Below the pieces are notes generated by a model. That model did no database searches and was not told where the DNA came from. It was given only the letters and a program-made list of their open reading frames with translations. DNA of 64,000 bases from a virus (Duplodnaviria; Heunggongvirae; Uroviricota; Caudoviricetes), in the IMG/VR virus record IMGVR_UViG_3300042922_001018. One strand, 5' to 3'. Position 1 is the first letter of the stretch, and each line of letters opens with the position of its first letter. Position numbers and translations under genes: made by a program. This document shows positions 12,607 to 21,993 of the stretch, piece after piece.

Positions 12607-13059
12607 CTATCCGAGGAGCGTGGCATACTCGACGGGCACCCCGGTCAAGTACATCGTCACGATGTCCACTACGTCCGTGACGCCGTGGCGGTCCAACGCT
12701 TTCGCGTACTCCACCGGCACTCCGGCCTCGTAGAGGGTTATCACGTCTGCCGTGCCGAACCCCGGAATCGTGACGATGGTGGTGTGGCCGAGCTGCGGTT
12801 CGAGGGCCAGCGCGTATGAGGCAGGGACGCCCTGGTTCAGAACAGCGAGGTACCCCGACCAGTTCGACACCTCCTCCTTGCCGTGCAGCAGCTCGTACTC
12901 CCACTTCACGAAGGTCTGCGAGAAGAACTTGTCCACGCTGAGACCGCTGGCGAGGAAGTGCTTCTCGAACTGGGGCACGATAGCGTCCGGGATTTTCACG
13001 CGTTGCAGGGCGATGTCCCGGAAGTAGTCAACGTCGCCCACCGTCTGTCGGTCAGCCAT
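12607..13059 (-). CDS. PxEY-tail family protein
   Basis: GVPASY, GVPVEY, GVPVEYATLLG*; start moved to 13059. Confidence 0.85.
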   Translation of the reverse strand: MADRQTVGDVDYFRDIALQRVKIPDAIVPQFEKHFLASGLSVDKFFSQTFVKWEYELLHGKEEVSNWSGYLAVLNQGVPASYALALEPQLGHTTIVTIPGFGTADVITLYEAGVPVEYAKALDRHGVTDVVDIVTMYLTGVPVEYATLLG

Positions 13060-13348
13060 CGGCTGCTGCTTTCTTCCGCGCGAAGAACTCACGCCACTCA
13101 GGACTGCGGATGGGGAGCACGATGGCCCCGGCCTTGATAGCAGCTTCTCGACGACTCTTCGTCACATCGTAGTGTTCACGCGGCGTGCCCGGCTTCTGAA
13201 TCCAGGACGGCCGCATACCGATACGGAGCGCCATCTCGTCCAGTTCTTCGCGCGTGTCAGCGAACATGTGGCACCAGATACCACGGACGACGCGTGAACC
13301 GTTCGGGACATCCGCACGCATCATCATGTCATCGACGTAGACGGTCAT
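13052..13348 (-). CDS. DUF4031-family protein
   Basis: MTVYVDD...WCHMFADTREEL...IGM...WIQ...EHYDV...RREAAIKAGA pattern. Confidence 0.8.
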   Translation of the reverse strand: MTVYVDDMMMRADVPNGSRVVRGIWCHMFADTREELDEMALRIGMRPSWIQKPGTPREHYDVTKSRREAAIKAGAIVLPIRSPEWREFFARKKAAADG

Positions 13349-13352
13349 GGCA

Positions 13353-13889
13353 TCATCCTAGCATCGCCGTGAGATACTCGGCCGGGATGTCCCGCTCCCA
13401 GGCGTCCTGGAGCGCCTCGAAAGGTGCGTACGGCGCAGCCTTCACGTACTCCGCAGGAATCCCCGCCTGATGGAACTGGATGATGATGTCGTACACCTTC
13501 CGCACCTCCATCAGAGACCGCGCGTACTCAGGCGGTACACCAGCTCGCGACAAGTTGGTGACATCCAGGAACCCCAGGCTTCGAGAGTTCGCCATGTGCG
13601 AGCTGTACACGTCGATACGGCCACCGGTAAGGTAACCGATGTCGATGGGTGAGCGGACCAATGTCATGACGCCATGCACACCCGAACGAGTGAGCGGCGG
13701 GTCGCGAAGCAGCGCCCACGCGGCGCCGTCGGTCCGCCGATTGAAGTCCCACATCTCCGCAGCCTCAGCAGGGGTCATCTTCGCATCGCGGCAAGCCGCG
13801 TAGAAGGCAGCCAGTAAGCTGTTCGACGGGTCCAGGAGGAACGAACACAGCAGCCAGTTCCGGAGACCGAGCCAGAAGAACTTGTTCAC
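13353..13889 (-). CDS. PxEY-tail family protein
   Basis: GVPPEY, GIPAEY, DIPAEYLTAMLG*. Confidence 0.85.
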   Translation of the reverse strand: MNKFFWLGLRNWLLCSFLLDPSNSLLAAFYAACRDAKMTPAEAAEMWDFNRRTDGAAWALLRDPPLTRSGVHGVMTLVRSPIDIGYLTGGRIDVYSSHMANSRSLGFLDVTNLSRAGVPPEYARSLMEVRKVYDIIIQFHQAGIPAEYVKAAPYAPFEALQDAWERDIPAEYLTAMLG

Positions 13890-14419
13890 ACCGTCACCAG
13901 ATACTCACGCGGGACACCCGACACCCAGGCGGTGCTCGGGTCCATGTCAGCCCGGTTCGCAGCACGAGCATAATCGGCGGGCGTCTCCGCCTCGTACGCC
14001 GCCACGATGGTCACCGCATCAAGTTCGCGCAGCGAGCGCGCGTAGTCGTACGGTACGCCTGCGGTTGACAGCGTGATGACCTCATCCACGCTACGCCAGT
14101 TCACATCGGCGAACTGGCTGAAGCCAGACACATAGCCAGCCGAGGCGCCAAGGACCAGACCCTCGAAGATGTAGGACTCGGCCACGTTCGCCCGCGCGAG
14201 CCGCATCACATCCGCCTTGCTGCCATGGAAGAGGATGCCGGACATCGAGAGGTACGTCGGAGCGTGGTGACGCGCGCAGTATGCCCACAGCTCTGCCGTC
14301 TCGGAGGCATCCATGCCGTCGCGCGCGAACTCGCGGTACGCCGCGGCACGGCGGCTTCGCTTTTTCGGAACGCACCGCGCCCAGAAGAAGCGGGCGAGTT
14401 CAGCCGTGAATGCGGCCAT
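13886..14419 (-). CDS. PxEY-tail family protein
   Basis: GVPYDY, ETPADY, GVPREYLVTV*; N-terminus paralogous to 13353-13889. Confidence 0.8.
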   Translation of the reverse strand: MAAFTAELARFFWARCVPKKRSRRAAAYREFARDGMDASETAELWAYCARHHAPTYLSMSGILFHGSKADVMRLARANVAESYIFEGLVLGASAGYVSGFSQFADVNWRSVDEVITLSTAGVPYDYARSLRELDAVTIVAAYEAETPADYARAANRADMDPSTAWVSGVPREYLVTV

Positions 14420-14771
14420 ACCGGCCCTGGTCCCAGTTGTTCAGCGTCGGTGTGCCCTCGTGCATGCGGAGGAGCCGGATGAACTCGTAGTCGCTGGTCT
14501 CGGGGTAGATGCGCTTGTTCGGGTACAGACGCGAGACATCCATCGTCTCGCCGACCGTAGTCCGCCAGGCAACCGGCGCGGTGTCACGGTCGCCGTAGTC
14601 GTAGAACCGGCAGACGAACTCTCCGTCTTCGAGGCACAGCTTGTACGTTGTACGGTGGATGTCGTAGCCATCGACGAGTAGCCGGTCGCTCTGGTCCGCC
14701 AGGTCGCGCGGGCTGATACCGGCGGGCACACCTTCGGGACGGCTGAGGTCATCGTACTGGGCCTTATCCAT
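14400..14771 (-). CDS. Hypothetical protein (LYPNKRIYPE motif)
   Basis: Own promoter TTGACA(14806-14801)-17-TACCAT(14783-14778); high-GC codon usage. Confidence 0.7.
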   Translation of the reverse strand: MDKAQYDDLSRPEGVPAGISPRDLADQSDRLLVDGYDIHRTTYKLCLEDGEFVCRFYDYGDRDTAPVAWRTTVGETMDVSRLYPNKRIYPETSDYEFIRLLRMHEGTPTLNNWDQGRYGRIHG

Positions 14772-14821
14772 GAGGCCATGGTACCGAGCGGCCGACTCGA
14801 TGTCAAGCGAAGGTCGCTCGG

Positions 14822-15313
14822 TTAAGCGGTCGCGTACTCCAGGGGCAGGCCCGCTTCGTGAGCTGCAACTACCCGGTCAGCGTCTAGACCGGCAATCGAA
14901 CAGTCGAGCGCATAGTCGATGCTTATGCCCGATTTGTGCATCCGGATGATGTCCGCAGCTTCGAAGGATGAGATGAGGGTGGACCCGTACAGCCACCCGA
15001 CACCCGCTTCCCACAAGGCGATGATGCTCGGGCCGGGTTGCTCCGATGCGTCGGCGATGTAGAGGGCGGAGAACTGGCTCAGGTAGGCGTGCGGAACTCC
15101 GGCTGCACGCATCGAGATGTACGTGTCGATGCCTTCGCGGCCCTCATCCGAATACCGGACGATGTTGAGCGTGTAGTCGATGTCCACCCAGTCCAGCTCG
15201 GAGACATGCGACCACAGCAAGTCGATGTCGGACTGGCTCATCGCGATGCTACCGCTAGCCTCCCGGTCGAACTTCACGTACTTCGTGTTGCACTGGATTC
15301 GTCGAAACCCCAT
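14822..15313 (-). CDS. PxEY-tail family protein
   Basis: GVPHAY, GISIDY, GLPLEYATA*; start moved to TGATG overlap at 15313. Confidence 0.8.
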   Translation of the reverse strand: MGFRRIQCNTKYVKFDREASGSIAMSQSDIDLLWSHVSELDWVDIDYTLNIVRYSDEGREGIDTYISMRAAGVPHAYLSQFSALYIADASEQPGPSIIALWEAGVGWLYGSTLISSFEAADIIRMHKSGISIDYALDCSIAGLDADRVVAAHEAGLPLEYATA

Positions 15314-15900
15314 CAGACCATCTCCCGAGCGTACTCGACAGCGACGCCCTCGTTCCAGCAGCGTGCGATGGTTTCTGGCGCAGTACCACTGGTCAAGCAT
15401 TCGAGCGCGTAGCCGAGTTCGACTCCGGCGCGCGTCATCGCGACAACGCCCGCTGACGGGACGACGCGGCCGAGCTGGTGCCCCAGCGGCGCGAGCGCAT
15501 CCACGAAGTCCAACGGAACGCCACCTTCCCACATGTCCACGACATCGCGCCATCCCCAGACCTTCTCAGTCGAGTAGTCGAGGCGCGGGTCAACGCAGCA
15601 TGCCTGAATGTATACGACCGGAACACCCGCAGTCAGCATCCCTACCACGCCGTCACGTTCGGTCTTCTTGCCGACCAGGAACGAGTGGAACACCTCGCGG
15701 ACCTCCGTCGGGTCCAGGTGAGACATTGCGGCCCACAGTGGGCGCAGGTCATCGGGCGGAACCATCAGCGGCGAGGTGCGGCAGAACTCTGCGTAGGTGT
15801 AGTTTCCCTTCATCTCCTTGCCGAGACCGAGACGGTCATACAGGAAAATGCGCTCGTCGATTTCGTCGAGCGGGTCGCGGGCTAGCGACTGGTCAGGCAT
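15313..15900 (-). CDS. PxEY-tail family protein
   Basis: GVPVVY, GVPLDF, GVELGY, GVAVEYAREMV*; start moved to 15900. Confidence 0.8.
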   Translation of the reverse strand: MPDQSLARDPLDEIDERIFLYDRLGLGKEMKGNYTYAEFCRTSPLMVPPDDLRPLWAAMSHLDPTEVREVFHSFLVGKKTERDGVVGMLTAGVPVVYIQACCVDPRLDYSTEKVWGWRDVVDMWEGGVPLDFVDALAPLGHQLGRVVPSAGVVAMTRAGVELGYALECLTSGTAPETIARCWNEGVAVEYAREMV

Positions 15901-16219
15901 ATTCGACAAGCCAGTCCACGTCGTACATCCGGCTGTACTTCGCACCCAGCTCGCGGATGAGACCGAACGAGTTCATGAACACGACCGAGACACCCTCGTT
16001 CCGGCAGATGCACCAGATGAGCGTGTCGATGTACTTGTCGGTGACCTTCACCGCGCGCTTGCAGTCGATGACGAACTGGCGCCCGCGGCCGGACCGCGCA
16101 CGGGCCTGGACGGCAAGCGCGATGTTGAGCGCGCTGTTCTCGGTCAGCGCGAGCATCGGCATCTTCAGGTCGGTATCCGCGCTCGGTTCCGCATCCTTGA
16201 ACAGCTCATCGAGGTTCAC
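15893..16219 (-). CDS. Hypothetical protein, possibly STAS-like
   Basis: FVIDCKRAVKVTDKYIDTL loosely resembles a STAS-like vvlDfxgvxxissSFadel segment. Confidence 0.55.
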   Translation of the reverse strand: MNLDELFKDAEPSADTDLKMPMLALTENSALNIALAVQARARSGRGRQFVIDCKRAVKVTDKYIDTLIWCICRNEGVSVVFMNSFGLIRELGAKYSRMYDVDWLVEYA

Positions 16220-16722
16220 TGCAACGCCTCCATCATTCTGCGTCCTTCGTCCAGGTCGAAGCCGGGAGCCGTGACGGTGAACATGGTAGTGAGAAGCTGC
16301 CGCGTCGCACCGGCTCTATGGAGCGCAGCCCTGGATTCGAGTTGCTCCAGTGTATCACGGTCCAGCCGACCGGTCCGTTCTCGCAGCATCGTGAAACCCG
16401 GCATGCGGGCGGGGTGGAGGTTCACTTCGATGCTCTCGCCGCACACCATCTTCAAGATGCCCCACGCACGGTAGAAGTGCTGGACTTTCTTCTCCTCGGC
16501 CTGCTTCCGGAGGAACATCACGAGACTGTAGTCGTCGTCCGTCTTCGGCTCGTACCCGGCCTCTTCGCGCTTCCACGCCACAGCCGCAGCGAGCGCCAAG
16601 CCAATCTCATCGTCGGCCAAGTCGAGGAGGTGACTACGCAGGCGCTCCGTGTAGAGCATGGTCGCCTCATCCATGACAAGGTCGTCCATACGATGCGGTG
16701 CGACAATCACCTCGCCCATCAT
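16216..16722 (-). CDS. Hypothetical protein
   Basis: Coupled ORF within the operon; start uncertain. Confidence 0.6.
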   Translation of the reverse strand: MMGEVIVAPHRMDDLVMDEATMLYTERLRSHLLDLADDEIGLALAAAVAWKREEAGYEPKTDDDYSLVMFLRKQAEEKKVQHFYRAWGILKMVCGESIEVNLHPARMPGFTMLRERTGRLDRDTLEQLESRAALHRAGATRQLLTTMFTVTAPGFDLDEGRRMMEALQ

Positions 16723-17228
16723 CAGCCCTTGCGTGCCAGGGCGGGGAGGAGAGTCTCTGCGTACTCCAGCGGAATGGTCGGGTCGGTCGCGTCGTACAGC
16801 GCACGGAGAGTCACTGCCAGCTCGCCGCGCGCCGCCGCGCGGTACTGTCCGAGGATGGCTCGCGTTCGGCGGTCGAACTGGGTCGGCTCGAAATACACCA
16901 AGTGGCTCAGCTCGTCCTCACCGCTGACACGTCCTCGCAGGCGGTAGGCTGCGCCACTGAACACCGGGTCGTCCCAGCTCACCCGGCACGCGCGGGTCAT
17001 CAGTTCGTAGGCCGCGGCGCTGAGACCGCTGACGTAGTTTCTTACGCTCTGCTGCTCGTAGTCGTTCCACGACTGCTCTTGCCGAGCCTCCCTCAGCGCG
17101 CTGAGAATGGCCCGAAGCGTCTTCTGGAAGGCGGACTCCGCCATGGACAGGAGGAGCCGTCGTCCCTGCTCACCGAGAGCGAACGCCTCATCGGATGAGG
17201 TCAGAACGTATTCGTCACGAAAGTCCAT
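16722..17228 (-). CDS. PxEY-tail family protein, single-motif helical subfamily
   Basis: N-term DEYVLTSS; TIPLEYAETLL; TTGACA-17-TAGACT promoter. Confidence 0.8.
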   Translation of the reverse strand: MDFRDEYVLTSSDEAFALGEQGRRLLLSMAESAFQKTLRAILSALREARQEQSWNDYEQQSVRNYVSGLSAAAYELMTRACRVSWDDPVFSGAAYRLRGRVSGEDELSHLVYFEPTQFDRRTRAILGQYRAAARGELAVTLRALYDATDPTIPLEYAETLLPALARKG

Positions 17229-17234
17229 GACCGG

Positions 17235-17263
17235 AGTCTACCTCGGCCAGAACTCGCTGTCAA
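17235..17263 (-). promoter_or_regulatory. Leaderless promoter; -10 contains upstream TAG stop
   Basis: TTGACA(17263-17258)-17-TAGACT(17240-17235)-6-ATG. Confidence 0.75.
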
Positions 17264-17726
17264 TGACCTGGCGCACGTACTCCATCGGTATGTTCTCGTC
17301 GTGTGCCTTCACGGCCGCGTCGATGATGTCATCAGTGGCTCCCGCGAGAACCGCCTGATACCGGACTCGCAGCTCAGGAAGGCCCGCCTGGAATCCGCGG
17401 ACGAACGTGTACAGGCAGTCCCGAGTGTGCAGCCCCAGCATGTCATTCCAGCCGACCATCCGGTCCCCGGTGATAGCGAGCGAGAGATGCCGCCATCCGC
17501 TGTACGTCACGTCGAGGGACGACTGGACGATGCGTTCGTCGGCGGTGTCCTTGTGCTGGTGGAGCGGCTCCGTGTCCCCGAGTCGCGCCTTCTCCAGCAT
17601 GCCCTGGTACAGAATCCGCACCGCGGAACGGAACTCATCTCGCGCCATCGCGATGAGAGCACGACGGCCTTGCGACACGATGGCACGGGCCTGCATGCTC
17701 GAAGTCAGAACGTATTCGTCTTGCAT
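17238..17726 (-). CDS. PxEY-tail family protein, single-motif helical subfamily
   Basis: N-term QDEYVLTSS; NIPMEYVRQVI; start moved to 17726. Confidence 0.8.
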   Translation of the reverse strand: MQDEYVLTSSMQARAIVSQGRRALIAMARDEFRSAVRILYQGMLEKARLGDTEPLHQHKDTADERIVQSSLDVTYSGWRHLSLAITGDRMVGWNDMLGLHTRDCLYTFVRGFQAGLPELRVRYQAVLAGATDDIIDAAVKAHDENIPMEYVRQVIDSEFWPR

Positions 17727-18214
17727 CAGAACCCCCATAGGTCTTCAGTATTCGGCGCCTGTGAACTACGCACGCGCCCGTCACGCTCGAACGTCACGCC
17801 GTCCAGCATCATGTCTGCGTACTCCAGAGCCAGCCCGCACTTCGAGATGAGGTAGAGACGGGAGATGGCGGCGTACTCTTTACCGTCACCCTGAATGGCG
17901 TGGAACGCGTCGTAATGCCGCTCACCCTCACGCGGCAGCGTGTTGTCGGCGAGGGTGTCGAAGACGGAACGGTTCTCAGGCGGGCACGCCTCACGCCATT
18001 CGTCCAGCACATCTCGGACGCGGCGCCAAGCGCCAGCGCTCCGTTGAGCTTCCTCATAGTTCTGCGAGAAGAAGATATCCGGCGCTGACAAGTGCCCGTC
18101 TTCGTCGAGAGTCGTAGCCTGCTCCTCAAACAGGCCGATGCGCGCCAGACCGAACAACGCAGTCCGCAGCGCGTCGGGGGCATCACCCAGGTCGAGAGCT
18201 TCTTCAAGCCGCAT
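17726..18214 (-). CDS. PxEY-tail family protein
   Basis: CGLALEYADMMLDG. Confidence 0.7.
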   Translation of the reverse strand: MRLEEALDLGDAPDALRTALFGLARIGLFEEQATTLDEDGHLSAPDIFFSQNYEEAQRSAGAWRRVRDVLDEWREACPPENRSVFDTLADNTLPREGERHYDAFHAIQGDGKEYAAISRLYLISKCGLALEYADMMLDGVTFERDGRVRSSQAPNTEDLWGF

Positions 18215-18695
18215 TGAGAACCTCCAGGGCGTACTCCGTCGGGATGGAAGGGCCGCTCAGTTCATAGACGGTCCGGGCCAGGTCGAGGGCAGCACCGTCC
18301 TGGACGCGCTTGTAGGCGGCACGAAGTTCCGGCCCAGACGCATCAGCCCAGCCGCCGCCGGACGGGCGCATCGGCACGAGAGCCACGAATGCAGCGATGG
18401 CCGTAGAGCCGAATGCATCCTGCGGAGAGAACCCGCCACAGGCGAGAGCGATGCGCTCGATACCTCGGTCGCGGGCGCTCATCGCCTCTTCGATGTAGTG
18501 ACCGTCGTGCGGGTCTTCTCCGAGGAGGATGTCGTCGCCGGTGCTCTCCAGCACGCCTTTCGCGATACTCACAAGGAACCGCAGGCAGAACTGAATCTCC
18601 TCGGCCCCGATGATGAGAAGCGACTGCCGAGCGGTCTCCACCATCGTGGTGACTTCCGGGTCGCTCGTCAGAGCGTAGCTTTCAGGGCGGTCCAT
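18204..18695 (-). CDS. PxEY-tail family protein, single-motif helical subfamily
   Basis: ESYALTSD; SIPTEYALEVLNAA*; start moved to 18695 (TTGACG-17-TAGAGT). Confidence 0.8.
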   Translation of the reverse strand: MDRPESYALTSDPEVTTMVETARQSLLIIGAEEIQFCLRFLVSIAKGVLESTGDDILLGEDPHDGHYIEEAMSARDRGIERIALACGGFSPQDAFGSTAIAAFVALVPMRPSGGGWADASGPELRAAYKRVQDGAALDLARTVYELSGPSIPTEYALEVLNAA

Positions 18696-18697
18696 GG

Positions 18698-19072
18698 TCA
18701 CACTCTACGCAACAATGTGGCTTGCGTCAAGGTGATGAACGCTTTCTCCACGAGAAGGGCACCGTACTCGGTGGGCATCTGCATGACCTCGTTGAGCTGT
18801 CGGGTTGTCTCATAGATGACGGTACGCCGGTCTTCGTCCAACTCCGGCAGCGGAAAGTCCACGTTCTGCAACTCGGTGTGAAGGACTCGGATGGAGCCTT
18901 CTAGCTGTGTCGCAAACGGGCCGAGGAGGAACCTCGCTCGCTCCCGGACATCGTCGGCCTGCAACGGCAGACGGTACTCAGACCAGGCGCTCATGTTGCC
19001 CCACCGGTCCGGCTTCCGAAGTGAAAAGCACGTCGTGATGCTATGGAACAAGCTCACCCAGGGCGGGTTCAT
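18698..19072 (-). CDS. PxEY-tail family protein
   Basis: QMPTEYGALL; ATGA overlap start (alternative start 18994). Confidence 0.7.
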   Translation of the reverse strand: MNPPWVSLFHSITTCFSLRKPDRWGNMSAWSEYRLPLQADDVRERARFLLGPFATQLEGSIRVLHTELQNVDFPLPELDEDRRTVIYETTRQLNEVMQMPTEYGALLVEKAFITLTQATLLRRV

Positions 19073-19470
19073 GCCGCGGCCACCACCGGGCGCTTCAGCA
19101 CGATGTCACCCGCGTGACCGATGGCGACGACTCCGTACTCCGGGGTGAGCTGGATGGCCTCAACGAGCGAGAGGAGCATCAGCCGCGCCGACCCGTCGAT
19201 AGCATCGTCACGGCGCCGGACGCGCTCCTCGAACGACATCTTCAGGTCGAAGCTGGTGAGGTCCATCGCCAGGTCCATGATGGCCGAGTAGAACACGCTG
19301 TCATTCGGAATCTTCAGCGCGTCGAGAAGCCCACGCCACAGCGTATCCGCAATGGTGTCGAGGTTGTCCTGTTCCAGGTAACCGGGACCGGTCGTCTTCG
19401 TGATGCCCGCAGTCATGCGGAGCGCGTCGAGCACGAGGCTTTCTAGCCATTCGAGGTCATCCTGGTCCAT
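19069..19470 (-). CDS. PxEY-tail family protein (divergent)
   Basis: IQLTPEYGVVAI; start moved to 19470 (TTGCGC-18-TACACT). Confidence 0.65.
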   Translation of the reverse strand: MDQDDLEWLESLVLDALRMTAGITKTTGPGYLEQDNLDTIADTLWRGLLDALKIPNDSVFYSAIMDLAMDLTSFDLKMSFEERVRRRDDAIDGSARLMLLSLVEAIQLTPEYGVVAIGHAGDIVLKRPVVAAA

Positions 19471-19510
19471 GTACGGAGTGTACCCCAGGAGGCTCATCGG
19501 GCGCAAGCCC

Positions 19511-19912
19511 TCAGGCAGCGCGGTATTCCGCCCACATCTCACCGAACGGGTTCATGATGCTCTCGTCGAAGAACGATGCCCCGTATTCGATGGGCAGAGA
19601 AGCCACGGCTGAGAACTTCTCGATGGCTTCTCGGAGTCCGCCCCGCTCGACCATCTCGCGCTGCGCTGTGTATCCTTCGTCGGTCAGGAACGGCGGGGTG
19701 AGAGATTCGACGAAGCGGTCCAGGTACGACAGCATGGGGTGTCCGTCAGGCCACCCGTACTCGGCACGGAGCGCGTAGAACGCTGCATCGCGTGCCGTAC
19801 TCGCGCTCCCCAGTTCCACGAACACCTCACCGAGATGGGCTTCGAGATGCGCGCGGCTAGTCAACCTCATCGCTTCGATGAGGTGCTGTTCGGCCGTGTC
19901 GATGAAAGTCAT
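19511..19912 (-). CDS. PxEY-tail family protein
   Basis: SLPIEYGASFF. Confidence 0.7.
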   Translation of the reverse strand: MTFIDTAEQHLIEAMRLTSRAHLEAHLGEVFVELGSASTARDAAFYALRAEYGWPDGHPMLSYLDRFVESLTPPFLTDEGYTAQREMVERGGLREAIEKFSAVASLPIEYGASFFDESIMNPFGEMWAEYRAA

Positions 19913-20325
19913 GCGTTCCTCAGTTTCTCGAACGGTTCCACGATGGCGTCTAGCATGAGGTCCGCATACTCCGACGGCATCGAGAACAGCCCTTCCAGCG
20001 AGTTGAATGCCCGCCGAAGCGCGCCGCTCGCCAACAGTTCGAGCTGCGCCTCGCGCGCATTCGCAGAGACGTAATACGGGACTACTCGATGCACGAACCG
20101 GTCGATGATGCGGAAAGCGCCATCGGATGTTCCACCGTCGAGACCGAACCGGAGGTAGTCGATGGCCTCCATCTGAGCGTCCTCGATGCCCTTGAACTCG
20201 TCATCTTCGAATGACTGCATCCGGTTCATCATCTCGTAGTCCGACGCGAGATGCATCCCCTTCGCGATGTAGGAGTGGGCCTGCCGAACGTTGATGGCAG
20301 CCTGGCGCTCTTCCATCTCGTTCAC
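19909..20325 (-). CDS. PxEY-tail family protein
   Basis: SMPSEYADLML. Confidence 0.7.
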   Translation of the reverse strand: MNEMEERQAAINVRQAHSYIAKGMHLASDYEMMNRMQSFEDDEFKGIEDAQMEAIDYLRFGLDGGTSDGAFRIIDRFVHRVVPYYVSANAREAQLELLASGALRRAFNSLEGLFSMPSEYADLMLDAIVEPFEKLRNA

Positions 20326-20696
20326 TGGAGAAGGGCGGCAAGGTACTCGAACGGCATCTCTTCGCCGTTCACGGCACGGAACATGTTCAGGGTCGCGAGG
20401 TAGTCGCCGTCAGCCGCTTTCCGCGCGCGTTCCCGCACACGTTCCACCGTCAACCCTTTCTCGTAGTAGTCGGACTGGTCCACCAGCCAACGAGTGAGCA
20501 ACACCCCGAGGTGAGTCGTCGGGTCGATGCCGGTATACGCGAGCGCGATGTTCTCGGCTCGCTCGTGACGCTTGTCTACGACCGTGCACGCTTTACCGAA
20601 GGCCTGGTTCTCCCTCGTATTGAGGGAAGTCACCGGGCCTTCGAGCGATTCGACCATGGCCACGCCGCTACGCGTGACCTGCTCCGGCGTCGGCAT
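20322..20696 (-). CDS. PxEY-tail family protein
   Basis: EMPFEYLAALLQ*. Confidence 0.7.
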   Translation of the reverse strand: MPTPEQVTRSGVAMVESLEGPVTSLNTRENQAFGKACTVVDKRHERAENIALAYTGIDPTTHLGVLLTRWLVDQSDYYEKGLTVERVRERARKAADGDYLATLNMFRAVNGEEMPFEYLAALLQ

Positions 20697-20697
20697 G

Positions 20698-20943
20698 TCA
20701 GTCGCCCTGCGGGATGCCTTCGTAGATTTCCTTGCAGGTCGCGCAGACCGGGTACTTCTCCGGCGACTTGTTCGCGACCCAGACCTTGCCGCAGATGGCG
20801 GTCACCGGGACGTTGTCGAACGTCGCACGGATGATGTCTTCCTTGCGGACGTAGTGCGAGAAACGGTCGTGCTCGCCCTCGTCGGTCATCTCCTCTTCGA
20901 GGTTCTCGACCTTGTCTCGTTCCAGAGTGCTTCCCATGCTCAT
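20698..20943 (-). CDS. DUF3039-family protein (actinobacterial, putative Zn-binding)
   Basis: GEHDRFSHYVRKEDI...ICGKVWV...PEKYPVCATCKEIYE matches the DUF3039 pattern. Confidence 0.9.
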   Translation of the reverse strand: MSMGSTLERDKVENLEEEMTDEGEHDRFSHYVRKEDIIRATFDNVPVTAICGKVWVANKSPEKYPVCATCKEIYEGIPQGD

Positions 20944-20949
20944 AGACCC

Positions 20950-20978
20950 ATGGTAACACGGCGCCGCAAGCGGGTCAA
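20950..20978 (-). promoter_or_regulatory. Leaderless promoter; -35 contains upstream stop codon
   Basis: TTGACC(20978-20973)-17-TACCAT(20955-20950)-6-ATG. Confidence 0.7.
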
Positions 20979-21490
20979 GCCACCAACTCCGCGTACTCGT
21001 ACGGCATTCCGTCCCGCATCAACTCGAACCCGCGTGCCATCCCAGACGGGTGCCCAGCGAAAGCGGCGACCTGAGCAGGCGGATACGACCGGGCCAGCCT
21101 CTTCGCCTCCTCCAGCACAGACCGAGCATCCTCCGACGCCAACGCGTTCCGGCAGAGCGTCTCCATCCGCCATCCGAACGAGTCGAAGAGACGCTGACCG
21201 CGAGTCATCCTCATGAACTGTCGCCACCCGCCCAGCTCGTTCTCACAGACCAGGAAGGCAACCGCGTACTCCCGACGGTTTCGGATGAGGCGCCAGAATC
21301 CTACCGGCACGATGAACCCCGGAGCCTGGTAGGAGGAAGTGTACCTCGGCGCTCGCTGCTCACCCGCGAGCCGGATAGCCGAGCGAGCAATCGTCGTGGG
21401 CAGCATCCGGGCGCCGAAGTACACGAGCAACAGAGCAAGCAGACCGGCCATCACGCAGAGCATCCCAAGGAAGAAAGCGGCCGCAGTCAT
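20975..21490 (-). CDS. PxEY-tail family protein, membrane-anchored
   Basis: N-terminal TM helix; GMPYEYAELVA*. Confidence 0.8.
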   Translation of the reverse strand: MTAAAFFLGMLCVMAGLLALLLVYFGARMLPTTIARSAIRLAGEQRAPRYTSSYQAPGFIVPVGFWRLIRNRREYAVAFLVCENELGGWRQFMRMTRGQRLFDSFGWRMETLCRNALASEDARSVLEEAKRLARSYPPAQVAAFAGHPSGMARGFELMRDGMPYEYAELVA

Positions 21491-21519
21491 GGCTGAAGCC
21501 TACCACCGACCGCCAGTGC

Positions 21520-21993
21520 TCACAAGTCGTAAGCGACCAGGCGACCCTCGCGGTCGTAGCCGACCTGGCCGCAGTCAACCCAACCGACCCATTCCGGCAT
21601 GTCCTTGTAGACGACCGCCGTCTCTTCGACTCGCTCCATCACGAGGACATCCAGCTCCGTACCGTCCGCGCTCGTCCACGTCTCAATCGCGGCATCGGCA
21701 ATCGGAACTTCGCCGGTCTTGCCGAACTTCTCCGACCACAGCGCCTCGCGATAGTTCGCGTTCAGACCATCCTCGTCGGTAGGCACTTTCGCTACACGGT
21801 TGTCGTCGAGCAAGTAGACGGTTCTGGTGCGGCCTTCGATGGCCTCATGCTTCGCAGCGAGTTCGGAATGAAGCGCGTCGTACTTTACGAACAAGTCAGA
21901 GAACGGGTCGATGTCCACTTCCGGCGGGCTACCGACCGCTTCAGCGAAACGACCGTGTTCGTCGCGGTTCACAAGAGCTTCCGCGAACGTCAT
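21520..21993 (-). CDS. Minimal protein-kinase-like (APH/RIO-like fold) protein
   Basis: GRTRTVY loop, VAKV lysine, NYREA helix, LVMERV hinge, terminal DCGQVG...GRLVAYDL. Confidence 0.55.
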   Translation of the reverse strand: MTFAEALVNRDEHGRFAEAVGSPPEVDIDPFSDLFVKYDALHSELAAKHEAIEGRTRTVYLLDDNRVAKVPTDEDGLNANYREALWSEKFGKTGEVPIADAAIETWTSADGTELDVLVMERVEETAVVYKDMPEWVGWVDCGQVGYDREGRLVAYDL

